Shown piece after piece: positions 51,145-64,000 of a stretch of 64,000 nt of DNA; within the stretch, counting starts at the first letter, position 1, and each line of letters opens with the position of its first letter. Both the position numbers and the translations under genes were made by a program. Source of the stretch: Lama guanicoe (Eukaryota); assembly GCA_013239625.1 (NCBI GenBank), contig MU055744.1, positions 1,518,355 through 1,582,354 of the forward strand, read 5' to 3'. Under the pieces are notes generated by a model, which searched no databases, was not told the DNA's origin, and saw nothing but the letters and a program-made list of their open reading frames with translations.

Positions 51145-53153
51145 TCACGTGAGCCGGACCAGCCGGAGGAGGATGGGGGGCCGGGAGGGGCGGCACCACA
51201 CACTCGGGACCTCTGGCAGCCCGTCCCTGGGAGCCTCCCCAAACACCCGAAGACAGGAAACTCCACATCGCGGGGGAGTGGACGTTTTGTCTGCGCAAAG
51301 CATGTGGCCCTGGCCAGGGAGACGCGAGTCCTCCTTCTTATCAGCTGAAAATAAACAAGGACTTGTCTAGACAACCGCAGATGGCTGGCCCGGGGCCCGC
51401 CTGGTCCCGTGGGCCCGGCGGCCCCTGAAGGGGCCGGGGGCTGCGAGGTGAGGAGAAGCATCGGCCCGAGTGGCAGGGTCTAGACACACCCGGGCTGACA
51501 GGTGGCAGCCAGGCTGGGGCTGGGCCATCCAGCCTGGTTCTGCTGCAGGCTTGCTAGGTGACCCGGGCGAGATGCCCCGCAGCTTCCCACTGACAGGAGG
51601 AGGGAACCGCAGTGTCCCTTCAGGGGGCAGTCCTGTCCCAGCAGTCCCACCGGCCCACCCCAAGCTGACCAGTTCCGCACACCCGCTGCGAGCGTGACAT
51701 TCTGCTGCTCGTGCTGGGGACCCGGCTGGCTGTTTGTCTTGTGAGTCCCTTCTCCATGGCGCCTGCCTTCTCTCTGGGGCAGGGACACATGGAACCGACG
51801 TCCTCAGAAGGACAGCTGCCCTCAGGGCCTGCCTGGAGCCTGATGATGCCCAGACAGCAGGACCCTGCCTGCAACCCCCAGCAGACGGTCTCCTGAGGGC
51901 TGACCAACTGCCCAGAGCCCGTGTGACCGTCGGGAAGCTGGCTGTCCCTGGGGGCCTCAGGGCCGGGAGGGGGCAGGCTCCATCTCGGGGACAGTGTGTC
52001 TTCCAGGGGGTGCCCTTAGAGCCCCTTCCAGGAACTGGCCTGAAGGCCGGGAAGAGTTCAGCTTCCAAAGCTCCCGATGTGACCGAGGAGCAGGGCGATT
52101 AATTTATTATTAGGCAGATAAGCACGCGGGATGCGTCCATCTGTGGGGAAAAGGCCCTCCACGGAGCAACTGGAAGAGAACGTGGGTGAGGGCGCCAGCA
52201 GGGCGGGGGGACCGCGCGGGCCGGGTCTGCGCGCAGGGTTAAGTCCCCGGCCCGCGTCCAGGACCTGTTTCCTGCCGGCGATGACCTTCCTTCCTGCGGC
52301 TTTCCCAGTGCTCCCAGGCCGCCTTGGTATTTCCACGCGTCCGTTTCAAGAACCACTACTTTGCCGCCAGCTCTGGGAACACGGTGTTTCCTGGCCTCAT
52401 CGCCCTCCCAGAGGGCCACAGAGCAACCGGCCTGGCAGAGGCCTGGCTGCACGCTCTGGCCGTGGGGCCTGAAGGGCTGGGAGCCCAGGCCAGCTTCAGC
52501 CTTGTGGATCTTTAGCAGAGGCCCACCCCCCACCTCAGCGTCCCCCCAGGAGGGTAGTTTTACCCCGCCAGCCCTGGCCCTCGAGAGGCAAGGAGGTGAG
52601 CCAGGCGTCTGGGAACAGCCCCCACACAGCGGCTGACCTCCGCCAGAAGGGCCTCCAGCCGCCCCCTGGGGGCGCAGACAGAGCCCTTTGCTCTGCCAGC
52701 CTCCAGCCATACGGGGAGCCCCTCCAGAAATTGTCACCAGCATGGGTCTCACCGCCTCAGCCACTGTGCAAGTTACTCCAGAATCCTCAAGTCCAGGACT
52801 CCCGGGAAACCAGCTTCCCACCAGGGACCGTCCAGTGGCAAGAACGTTAACTCTAGGGCCCAGACCTGGGCTTGAATCCCGCCCCTGCTTCTCGTCGCCC
52901 TGGCTCGGGCTGGCCACCCACTTCCTCTCGCTCGGCCTCAGCCTTCCCACCTCCAGAGTCTTACTCCCCGTATCCTGGGGGCGGGGGGCAGAGAAGCCAC
53001 CTCCGGCACCTCCAGGTTTCACCTGTACCACACGCTCCAGGGACGGAGAACTCACTCCCTGAGTCACGACCCCCCCCGCTGTTGTCCAGCAGCTCCGAGG
53101 ATAAGGTCTTTCTGCACACGGGGCTGAGGTCGGCTTCCCTGTGACTGCCCCCA

Positions 53154-53154
<1 letters not shown>

Positions 53155-53189
<35 letters not shown>

Positions 53190-53194
53190 ACGCA
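53155..53194. repeat. (CA)n microsatellite
   Basis: Seen directly. Confidence 0.95.
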
Positions 53195-53297
53195 GGCCAA
53201 GTTTTGGCTTTGGGGTTGTCTTCCTACAAGAAAGGACCCAGGGTCAAGTGTCCCCTGTCCACCCAGGACCCATGCATTTCACCTCATGCAAAACTCA

Positions 53298-53495
<198 letters not shown>

Positions 53496-54849
53496 TCACC
53501 ACCCTCCTTCCCGCCTGGTGGGTGAGGGACACCGTCTAAGGGCAGCCCAGGAACAGCTGCTGCCGAGCCCAGGAGGCATGTTCAAGGCCTTGTGGAGGCC
53601 CCCATGCCAGGGGAGGGCTGACCCTCCGTCCAGGCACGGGCCCAGCTTCACTGGGTTCTGAGACACTTTCCTACCAAGGCCACGGCGAGGCCCACCGGTA
53701 CCAGCCCAGTTCCCCCTGACAGAGAGCACGGGCCCCAGGGACAGTAACTCTGCTGGCGTCAAACAGACGTGGGTCCGGCCTCGCCACTGTCCCCAAGGGG
53801 CCCCTCAGGCCCCAGCTGTGCACAGGGACGAAGGGCCACTCCAGGCGACGGAGGAGATGCTGTGCGGCCCAGAGCCTGGGCCCGAGGGCATAGTCACTCT
53901 TGTTACTTAAAAACCCACGTTGTCACAACATTACACTGATTTTACAGGCTTGCTACATTCACAGATGTGCATGAGGATGCACGAGGCCCCACTCACAGTG
54001 TGTCAGTGAAGGCCCCAGTCAGTCAGGTGGGAGACAGCCAGGGAGACCCCCAACAAAGGGACCGAGGGTCTTGAGGGGCGGGGGTATGCGGAAGGGACAG
54101 AGCTGCCAGCAGGTGGTGGAGGGTTTTCTGGGGGGAAGAAGGGAGATGGCTAAAAGCCCTAAGAAGGAAAAGCCTTCCGGGAGGAGCTGGTGAGAGGGGC
54201 TCTGGAATCGGGTTTCCTAGGGCCAAGTCACAGGCTCCCACCCAAGGAGCCCGAGGGGCCGCCTCAAGTGTCCCCTGTCCACCCAGGGTGAGCTGCTCCT
54301 GCAGACCAGCACTCACGCCATTTCTCTCTCTGCTGCCCCCTTTACAGCTCCCGGAAGACCCTGAGTTTGTCCCTTGGGCCAGCCAGCGGTGTGCCGCCAA
54401 ATTCTTATCCCACCCCCGGCCCAAGCTCTCTTGGCGAGAGGGTGGGGGGAGCTGCGATCTGCAGCACTGGCCTGTTTCTGGGGTGCGAGCACTCCCTCCA
54501 CTGCCACCCGCACGCGGGGCCGGCTTCCAGGTGCCAGCTGCTGTCGCTGGCTGCGGCGTTAGGAGAAGGGGCACAGGAGCGCACCTGCTGCCCTTGCATT
54601 TCACCGACAGACCCAAGGATTATAGATGCAAAATGACTAGGAAGTGATGTCTTTGTTGAAATAATATTTATTTAAATTTAACCTGAGTTTGAAACCCACC
54701 CTTGCTTAGCATCACTCTTGGCTTCAAACCAGCCACCTACTTCTGTCCAATGTGGCTTATATATGTTAATTTTAAAAACAGCAACCAGTTAACGAGATTC
54801 CTCACCGTGGTTACCATGCATGCACCTACCAAGGGACCGTGTGGGTCAG

Positions 54850-55055
54850 TGGTTGCGACCACAGAACAGGGAGCAGGCTGTCTGGGTTCAAACCCAGCTC
54901 CACCTCTTTGGGCTGTGTGACCTTAAACTAGTGTCTTAACCTCTCTGTTTCCACATCTGTAAAATGGCCACAGTGTTAGTCCCTGCCTCAAGGAGATGCT
55001 GGGAGGTGGGAGCGAGTTCATCGCGCTACCCCAGCTCCACACACAGAAAGCACTG
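54850..55055 (+). mobile_element. MIR SINE
   Basis: ctgggttcaaacccagctccacc...gctgtgtgacctt...cttaacctctctgtttccacatctgtaaaatgg. Confidence 0.85.
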
Positions 55056-56059
55056 GTGGAGTTAGGTGGGATTGTTTAAGGGTCGGCCCCCGGCCCCTCG
55101 CGTTGAGAGTTCCGTGAGGGCATGAACCCTGTGTGTCGCGGCCACCTGCAGCCTGCAGCGCCTGGCACACAGCATGAGTTCAGAAAGGTGCACTGCCTGA
55201 ACGCTGGCTCTGCGTTCCCGGGATCTGGAAGAAGGTCCCACATGCAGGTTTGCAAACAGAAGGCAGGAAACGCGGAATGTCTTTGCCACAGCCCCTCGCC
55301 CAGGGGGCCTCTGCGCGGTGCTCTGCACTGGCCCTTCGCTAAAGACGCCTTTCCTTCCCCTGCCCCTCCTCAGTCCACACGTCCATCCGCGGCTCGGGTG
55401 TCCAGGCCCTCAGGCCAACGCTGAAATTATCCATCCCCTCCACCTGCAGGACACACAGGGTCCCGACAGCCAGGTCCTTGGGTGATCCCTCCAGGCTGGT
55501 TCTAGTCCAGACGAACCTTGCCTCACTGGGAACCTTGAGCAGGCAATTCCCACTCTGTGCCTCAGTCTCCCCACCCATTAAGTGGGTTTCAAGCTGCCCT
55601 ACATTTCCCAGTTTGGAGGCTGTGTTAACCCAGTTTAACCCACAAGCATTTACTGAGGCCCAGGAACGTGTTCAGTTCAACATGGAGTGTTACAAGTGAC
55701 ACCCCTCCAAGAGCACAGTCCCGCCGCCCGCCGCCCGCACCCGGGCCGGGCCAGAGCTGGCCGCTCACGTGGGGCCACGCGGGGGCGGCCATGAAAATGG
55801 ACAAGCGGCCGCCCGGGGGACGGGGGCTGGCCCTGTATGCAGTCGGCCCAGAGCTGGCGGGAGCCCTCGAAACTTGGGCTGGAGAGCATAGGCCCCAGAA
55901 CCTGCCTGCCTGGACTCCAGTCTCGTATCAGCGGTGAGGACGGAACGCGTGCCTCAGTTTATGCCTTTTAACTGTGGAATTAACATCTCCCTGCAGCTGC
56001 ACAAAGGTCGGATGTGGTCCCCAAACCATGAGCGGCACCTGGTTTCCAGCAGGTGCTCA

Positions 56060-56680
<621 letters not shown>

Positions 56681-57081
56681 TCAGGGACTTACCTCCCACC
56701 CACTGCAACAGCACGCCTCTCACAGCACCGATGGGGGAACTGAGACCTGGAGAATGGAAAGGACTAGCCCAGGGTGTCGGTGGCAGAAATGGACCGAGAT
56801 GTAGGTGATGGGGTCCAGCCCAGGCCCTGTGAGTTCCAGCCTCTGCCGCCCTGTGAGTGGGAGGCAGTGCCCCTCTGCAGGTCTGAGCCAGCTTGACGGC
56901 CCTGGGCTGCCAAAGAGCCCTGCACTTACCCCGTGAGCGAGAGAGGCCGAGACATTCACACTGTGGCTTGAGCTGCCTGTGGCCTTCAGCAAGGCCCCTC
57001 CCTCTGGGCCTCAGTTTCCCTGCCTGCCCACCCACCTGACAAGAGCATGCCCTCCCATTGTCTCCAGGAGGCGACCCATCA

Positions 57082-57525
<444 letters not shown>

Positions 57526-58357
57526 TCAGCCTCGGCTGCGCTCACACTGCCTGCCCACTCGCCTGCGTCCTCGGGCAGAGGCCCGACTGCAAGTCTGCAG
57601 CTGTAGCCACAGTGCCTGCGACACGTGCATTAACTGAATAGGCTTCACAGAAGAGGAGTCTACGGGCCGAGGGGAGGGGCCCGTGCAGGGGCCCAGCTGG
57701 CCATCGGGGGCCGGAAGCCAAACTGGGCGGGTGTCCCTCCAGAGCTTACCTCCAGGAGGGCAGCTGACCTGTGAGGCCGCTCACCTCCCTTTAGCCCCTA
57801 ACTCCCCCGCCTGTGCAGACAGACAGACATGCAGACATCGGGACACAGGCATACACATTCTCTGTCCCCCGCCTGGAGGTCAGGTTCAGGCTGGCTTTGG
57901 CCCCATTGAGAGGTGCCCAGAGGCCAAGCCAGAGTCAGCGCCTCCTGCCCGGCCCCGGGCACCCCGGCGCAGCATGCCATTGACAGAGAGGACCTGAGTG
58001 CAGGGGCGGCCCCACGGGGGCTGCAGCTGGCCTGGGATGTCCTGTAACCTTAGTCTCCCAGCGAGCACCTGGTGCAGGGCAAGCCATGAGTACAGGAGGC
58101 CGCTGCCCAAGACCCCAAACCTTGAGGGGGCGTTTGGGCTCCGCCAGCAGAAGCAGGCACCGGTGCCCGCAGCCCGCAGTGAGCACCACAGATTTGATTT
58201 GACGCAGGGAGAGGGTTTCTGAGCCCAGGGGCCCTCACCACTCTTCTCTTCAAGATGTAAGGTGCAGGCCCAGGATGGAGTGTCCGGAGGACCCAGGGCC
58301 ACCAAGAAGATGCCCAGAGACCTGCCTAAGAAGGCACAGGGCAGGGTGGGGCCTCAC

Positions 58358-58433
58358 CTGCACTCTGCACAGCTGGTACCTCTTGGATGTGCCGGTGCAG
58401 GTCCGGTTCCCGGCGCCCGTGACAGACGTCCTC
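58358..58433 (-). CDS. ADAMTSL2: ADAMTSL2 exon 4 ([25 protein letters not shown])
   Basis: 76 nt; acceptor ccag|, donor CAG|GTGAGG; phase consistent. Confidence 0.96.
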
Positions 58434-58702
58434 CTGGTGGGAGGACAAGGGTTCTGAGCTAGGGCCAGGAGTGGCCAGCTGCAGCCCCGACCCTGCTCCT
58501 GCTCTGGGATGGCTTCTGGGCACCTCCCACCCCTCCCCAATTCCTCTCACTGAGGCCTCCTTCTTCCCCGCTCAGTCCCCCCGCCCCACTCCACCAGAGC
58601 CCTTCTCATGTCACAGGTAACTTGAGGGTGTATCTTAGCCCCTTCCCCTGGGAGCTCTGATTCCCAATTATGCCCCCAGCACAGGTCTTAGCACATAGAA
58701 TT

Positions 58703-58916
58703 AGTAATAATATGACAACATTTACCATGTACCTGGCCCTGGGCTAAAGTGCATACACACACTCTCTTGAATTCTCAGAAATGTCAGGTGGGCTCTATCT
58801 AGCATGATCTCCATTCCACAAATTAGGAAATTGATGCTCAGAGACGTTAAGTGAATTGCCCATGGTCACACAGCTAGGAAGTGGCAAAGGCCAGCTTCAA
58901 ACCCAGGTCTGTCTGA
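58703..58916 (-). mobile_element. MIR SINE
   Basis: ggaaattgatgctcagagacgttaagtgaattgcccatggtcacacagctaggaagtggc...ttcaaacccaggtctgtctga. Confidence 0.85.
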
Positions 58917-59268
58917 TGGTAACCAGGGTACTATATGCTTTCCCTGTGTTTTCAATTCAAGCCTTCAGCAGAGAAGGCCAGGGTGGAGCCCTAGAAATGG
59001 CGCCCGCGTTCCCCAGCGCCCTGGAGCAGGAGGGGTCCCGGGGTGCACTTGTCTGGGACCCACAGGAGCCCCTCCCCATGGAGGCTGATGAAAAGACTGA
59101 CCCGTCCACCTGGCCTGTGCTGCCTTGAACTGGAGACCCCTCCCTGCCTGAGACCCTCACCCATCAGCTGCTGCCCTGGGTGGAAGTCCTGGGTGGAAGT
59201 CCTGGCTGTCCACCTCCCAGGACTCCCTCTCCTGTCCAGGTGGCCCCACTCTCACGCCAGCCCCGCAC

Positions 59269-59411
59269 CTCTGCTGCAGGCAGTGCCGCTCCTGGGACGT
59301 CACCCCGGCCCCGCAGCTGCGGGAACATGCTGTCCACTTCGTCCACTCTCCCCACCAGTAGGCGGTGGCATCGGTGCCCGCCTCCAGGCTGTTAGACGTT
59401 GGGCTGTTGTC
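59269..59411 (-). CDS. ADAMTSL2: ADAMTSL2 exon 3, TSR1 (DNSPTSNS...[17 protein letters not shown]...HCLQQR)
   Basis: WxxWxxW and CSRSC motifs; AG/GT boundaries; 143 nt. Confidence 0.97.
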
Positions 59412-59956
59412 CTGGGTGAGAGGCCCCACGACGGTTAGAAGGAGGCGGAAGCACCTGGCCGGACGGGCCTGCCGTCCTTGGGCCCTGGACAGGAGGACAC
59501 AGTCCCCTGGGTGGGTTGCTCAAAGCCTGGGCTCAGATCTCGGGGTGGCCTTAGAAGGCCCTCCCGGGGAGTTGCAGGCCCCATCTTGGGATCAGGAAGA
59601 CCCTGGGAACGTGGCGGGGTCCTGAGGCCAGACCTAACCATCCTCTATATCCCCCAGCAGCCTGGGGCCTGGCCTGGGTTCTGCAGGACACAACCCACCC
59701 TGTCTGCTCACCAGGCCTTCGCTCAGGAAGAAAGCCCTCAGGCTGTGCAGCTCTGGTCCTGCCAAATTGGCAAGGACTCTGGCAGGACCAGAGCCCCCCG
59801 CTCAGGGGCTGGTTGGCCTGGCTGTAAAACATGCTCCTGGGAGCTGGGGGGGTGCTCTGGGAAGGTGCTCCAGGACCCCCGGACGTGTGCCCCACACCCG
59901 TGAAGCAGCCCTCCATCGTCAGCCCTTCTGGGTGAGGGACCACACTCCCCACTCAC

Positions 59957-60046
59957 CGTGGCCCCAGTGGATGATGCACCCCCAGCCACAAGTGCCACAG
60001 CCAGCAGGGACCATGCCCAGCGTGAAGGCCACCATCTGCCATCCAT
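59957..60046 (-). CDS. ADAMTSL2: ADAMTSL2 exon 2 coding part, signal peptide MDGRWWPSRWAWSLLAVALVAGGASSTGAT (whole exon about 59957-60195)
   Basis: Strong Kozak aggATGG and donor ACG|GTGAGT. The acceptor ctcttccaacaag| at 60197-60196 has an upstream CTAAT branch point. Confidence 0.95.
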
Positions 60047-61739
60047 CCTAGGAAGCAAGGCCACTGTCACTGCCGGGCCAGGCCCAGCTCCTCTTCCAGC
60101 TGGCCAGGGTCCACTGTGGGGGAAAGCCGTCAGGGCCCAACCAGTGCTGAGGCCTGAGGTTATCTGGAATCAGTTGGTAGTGACTGCCTGGCGGCCTTGT
60201 TGGAAGAGTTCGATGAGTGATTAGGGATGCCTGCCACAGGCTTGAGACAATAGGGTGGTGATATGTGTGCTAAGCCTGTGCCACCTGACCTGAAGGCATC
60301 TGGGGACCTGGGCCATGCTTTGCCTCTGAATACCTGAGCTCCCTGGAGAACGCCTGGGGAGAAACCTGTAGGCCAAGGCTGCATCCACTGGATCAAGGAG
60401 CTGAGGACTAACTGGTCCATTATTTTGGCCAGGAGGCCTGGCCCAAGCAAGAGCACCTTGAGATTTTTATCTGCTCAGTACTTGCTGGTGACGTGGGAGA
60501 ATGACCCTCCCCACCGGCTACCTGGACCTGCAGCCGGGGGTCCATGGATGCCATGGGCTCTGCCAGGCCCTTCCCCTCCCTGGCCACAGCCTCCCCCTGC
60601 CCCTGAGGGAACTGGGCCCCCACCACCCACAGAGAAGACGCACGGATGGTGTTCGGGAATGTGGAGTGCAGGCGGCCCAGGGCCACGGAGCTGTCTTCTT
60701 CCCAAGAATTCAGCACCCCCAGCCCAAAGCACTACTTGACTTCCCTGCCGGGGGTCAAATCAAGAGGAGATTCCAGCCTCCTGGGCCCTCAGCCCCCTCT
60801 TTCTACCCCCAAGAAGGGAGGAACAGGGCCTGCAGTGGCCTCTGTCCAGGGTTTGTCTCAGGTCCTAAGTGCCACTTGCCAGCAGGTTGAAGAAGGGGTT
60901 TCAGAAACCACCAGTTCATCCCCCTATAGCCTGGAACCAGAGAGGGAAACCAACTTGCCCAAAGCCACACAGCAAGGTGGCTGACTAACCCCCAGAACCC
61001 ATAGCAAACTTGGCGACTAGTCCCCTGCATCCGGCTAATTCTAAGGAAAGAAGGTATGGAAATCCCTCCTTCCCCCACGCCTGCCAGCCCCGAAACCAGC
61101 TCCACATGTGTTCCTCTCTCTCCTCCGTCAAGCCCTCATTTCCTCACAGCTCAAGCACCTGCACGTTTTCAGGAGCTACGCCAGTGACACCCTTGTGCCC
61201 CAGGAATGTCTCTGCCCAAGGCGAGGCAGCAGTGCAGCCTGGAGTTCGGGGCTGCGGGCCCCGAGCTCTCCAGCACCCCAGCCACCTGCCCGCCGCCTCC
61301 CCGCCCTGCTGCCACCCCTCCCCCGCAGGCCTCCCTCTGCACCCCCACCCGCCCCCTGCAAACACAGAGCCCCCTCGGCGGTCCTGTTGGCTAATTGGTG
61401 CCCCGGCTCCTGCCTGCAGGCTGAAGACAGGTGCTGAGCCGGCCGCACACTTGGTTTTCATTAAGGCTCCCAGACACCGCTGGCTTCAGGCCAGGCCCGG
61501 CTCACGCGGGATCCATCCCTCCCTGGGGTCCAAAAACAGCCACCAGCCAGCGGGAGAGGCTTGCCCTGCAAACAAGGGCTTCAGGCGCCCTAGGCTGGGA
61601 GCTGAGGGGCCACCCTCACGGTGCTCTGGGGGTCTGGACCCCTCCCCACAAGCCCAGCTCCTGTTACATAACAGCTCCCCTAGGGGGCTGGGGGATGCTC
61701 TGCATGCACTCAGGGCTGCCCTGGGAGGGCTGCAGTGGG

Positions 61740-62260
61740 AGCCAGACGGGGCGAGGTGGCCTACCTGGCCCGGGGGTCAGCAGGTTGTCCTCACGGAGAA
61801 AGGGGCCGAGCCGCTGCGGGCAGGCGGCGCCAGGTGCGCGGTGCAGGGGAGGCTCCGCGTGCAGGGAGCTGTGGGCTCTGCTCTCTCCCTTCCTCCTCCT
61901 CCCCCTCGCCGCCTCCCTCCTCCACTTCAAAGAGCACCCACAAGAGGGGGTTCCCAGGGAGGCGCGCAGCCCAGTGGCGGCTCTGCGGCGCGGCGGCCTT
62001 TATAGCTGTCAGGCAGACAGGGAGGAACTCACACTTCCCACCAGGCTGCTCCCCCCGCCCGCCGCGGCCGGCCTGGCGCACACTTTAACCCGCTCCGCGC
62101 CTCTGGAGCCCGGCCAGGCCGGCCCAGCTGCCTGCTGACTGCTGCCGCGGCAGCGAGCGGGGAGGCCGCCTTCCCGGGTCCAGAACTCAGGACTGCGCGT
62201 CAGGGTGTCCAGACGAAGTGGCCTCTGGCCCACGGTCACAGGGGAGGTCAGTGATGGCCA
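61740..62260 (-). promoter_or_regulatory. ADAMTSL2: ADAMTSL2 CpG-island promoter with TATA box (TATAAA at 62004-61999)
   Basis: Dense CpG, GC boxes, and minus-strand CTATAAAGG at the expected distance from the candidate TSS at 61975. Confidence 0.75.
61765..61975 (-). other. ADAMTSL2: ADAMTSL2 non-coding exon 1 (5' UTR)
   Basis: Starts at an Inr-like CCACT about 29 nt downstream of TATAAA and ends at donor CAG|GTAGGC (GT at 61764-61763). It contains no ATG and lies in a CpG island. Confidence 0.75.
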
Positions 62261-63139
62261 AGCCGAGCCCCAGGCTTGGTACGCTGGATTTCTGCTTCTG
62301 GGGGACGGCCGAGTCTGTGACACTCCCCAGACTGGAGTGTGGGGTGAATGAGGCATCCACTCTGATAGCTCCGTTTTACAGATAGGAAGACTGAGGTCCA
62401 GAAGGGCGATCATGCTCCGAGGTCAGCCAGCCAGCCTTGGAAAGCTTCTCCTGAGAAGCAGAAGCCCAAGCAGGCAGACGGACTGAGGCAGACTCAGCAA
62501 GGGCTCAGCCGAGGGCTCCACGGAAGGGAGAGCAGCACACACGGCCCGCTGACCAGACAGCCAGAACGGCCAGAGCCCGCGGGAGGAGGCGTGCGGAGCC
62601 CTGCCGCTGCTCAGCACTGGCCTGGCAGCGCACAGCAGCCTGGCCGGGCCGGGGCCAGCCGGGCAGCCCCTGGCAGACCGGCGCGGGGCTCTGGGCCTGT
62701 GTTCCTGCTGAGTCAGAGCGTGGAGCAGAGCACGGAGCAAGCAGCACAAACTCCAGCCCCCGGGAACCCAAGCCGACCCCCGACTTTGCAAGCTGCACCG
62801 GGAGCGAGGGAAGGCACCGCCCCCACACTCCGGGCTCCCCAGAACCCACCCTCCTGGGACATAGAGATACCTCCAAATGGTGAGGATGGAAGGGGGCCAG
62901 ACTGAGCCATTTCGTCCATCCCCCTGCCTCTGCGCCCTGGAGGTCGAAGGCTCACAGTGGCTCCTGGAAAGCCTTCCCCCTCCCTGCACCCTCCCTGCCG
63001 GAAGGAACTGTGGTGAGCTCCTTGGGCAGCTGAGAATTGTTCCACCCCTGGGAAAATTCTGCCACGGACAGGAGTAGTCGGGGAGGAGAGCAACCAGCAG
63101 CGACACTAAAACCAACCACGCCCGCGGCCCTGCGCCGAG

Positions 63140-63255
63140 TTCTTCCTCTGTGCCAGGAGCTGTGAGCTCAGCATCTTCGCCATCCCATTTTACAGACAGA
63201 GGAACTGAGGCTCTGAGACGGCTGAGTGATGCCCAAGGTCACCCACCTGGTAAGC
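63140..63255 (-). mobile_element. MIR SINE (other MIR cores at about 370-445, 2200-2280, 23455-23590 and 37010-37100)
   Basis: cccattttacagacagaggaactgaggctctgagacggctgagtgatgcccaaggtcac. Confidence 0.8.
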
Positions 63256-63487
63256 GGCACATTGGGGACCCCGGCGCCCTCACGGATCACATCTTCTCAA
63301 TCTGGAGGCCTCTTATAGCATGTTCGCCCTCCCCAGAACCCTCCGGGGGGCAGGTCTTATCCGTCTCATTTTCCTCCTGGGGCCCCTGGGATGCTTAGCG
63401 GAACCAAGACTCGAACCCAGGTCCGTGCTGCCCCCTGGGGTCGGTGTGCTGAAGCACAGACACGGTGGAGCCTGTCACGCAGCACTG

Positions 63488-63638
63488 GTGCATGCGCATG
63501 TGCGCACGTGCACACATACAAACACAGGCACACACATGCTCTCACATACACCCAGAAGCACACACAGAGGTGTACACACCCTTATGCACACAACATACAC
63601 ACACAGGCACACACACAGAGGCGCGCACACACACACAC
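63488..63638. repeat. CA/CG alternating purine-pyrimidine-rich tract
   Basis: Seen directly. Confidence 0.85.
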
Positions 63639-63940
63639 TCCCCGACCCCCTCACAGACGCACGACTGACCGCTCTCACTCTGGGACCTCTGCCACCAGCC
63701 GAGTGTCAGGGCTCTGCATCCCTTGGCACAGTCCCGAGCTCTCCTGGCATCGCTGGCTCCACACCCAGCCAGCGCCAGGGTGACTAACGGTTTCCCCTGG
63801 GAGGGACCCTGCAGCCAGCCGACACAAACATCCCAGCTCCTGCTCTCAGTTCAGCAGGACAGTGCCTTGAATGCCACCCCTGGCCCTGACACCTCCAGCA
63901 GGTGTCTGACCTGGGTCTGCCACACGTCCACCCAACCTAC

Positions 63941-64000
63941 CTGCTACTGTCCGGAGCCAGCTGGGGCTCCCCGACCCGGAGGGACACCAGTGGGGCCCCA
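63941..64000 (-). other. ADAMTSL2: Candidate alternative upstream non-coding first exon of ADAMTSL2 (runs off the window)
   Basis: Strong minus-strand donor CAG|GTAGGT (GT at 63940-63939), 2.2 kb upstream of the exon 1 donor. I recall two alternative first exons in human ADAMTSL2, but this is unverified here. Confidence 0.3.

Noticed and set aside
52099-53181. 360-aa minus-strand intronic ORF
   Set aside because: Starts inside the (TG)n microsatellite at GTG; stop-poor GC-rich DNA with no domain-like features.
58431-58436. NAGNAG acceptors (CAG GAG) at exons 4 and 5
   Set aside because: Distal GAG acceptors are rarely used, and the effect would be one residue.
61010-62005. 331-aa plus-strand ORF
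   Set aside because: Runs antisense across the promoter CpG island with a TTG start; a composition artefact.
63849-63866. REST/RE1-like TTCAGCA-GGACAGTGCC (and a half-site at about 46133)
   Set aside because: The left half lacks CC and the spacer, so it does not fit the canonical RE1.

Overview
Mammalian (eutherian), very GC-rich genomic DNA carrying two convergent genes. On the minus strand is the complete ADAMTSL2 gene: a TATA/CpG-island promoter near 62.0 kb, a non-coding exon 1, and 18 coding exons from 60046 to 27842. All coding introns are GT-AG and phase-consistent, giving a 2868-nt CDS (955 aa), with AATAAA at 27352-27357. On the plus strand are the two coding exons of FAM163B (22973-23065 and 23764-24165), interrupted by a 156-N assembly gap that preserves frame, with AATAAA at 25898-25903. 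Most of 1-22.9 kb is probably FAM163B 5' intron or regulatory DNA. ADAMTSL2 intron 9 hides a decayed but colinear ~5-kb ERVL-class provirus (LTR-gag-pro-RT-RNaseH-IN-dUTPase-LTR) antisense to the gene. The other repeats I recognise are ancient eutherian families (L1M, L2, MIR, MER5, Tigger1, MLT1) plus micro- and minisatellites. I saw no lineage-specific SINE. The most interesting unexplained signals are an out-of-frame upstream ATG and overlapping ORF over FAM163B, a perfect NRF1 palindrome in an intragenic CpG island, and a competing frameshifting 5' splice site at ADAMTSL2 exon 6. I found no convincing novel multi-gene system. Gene and repeat identities come from recalled sequences, not from database searches, and repeat boundaries are approximate.
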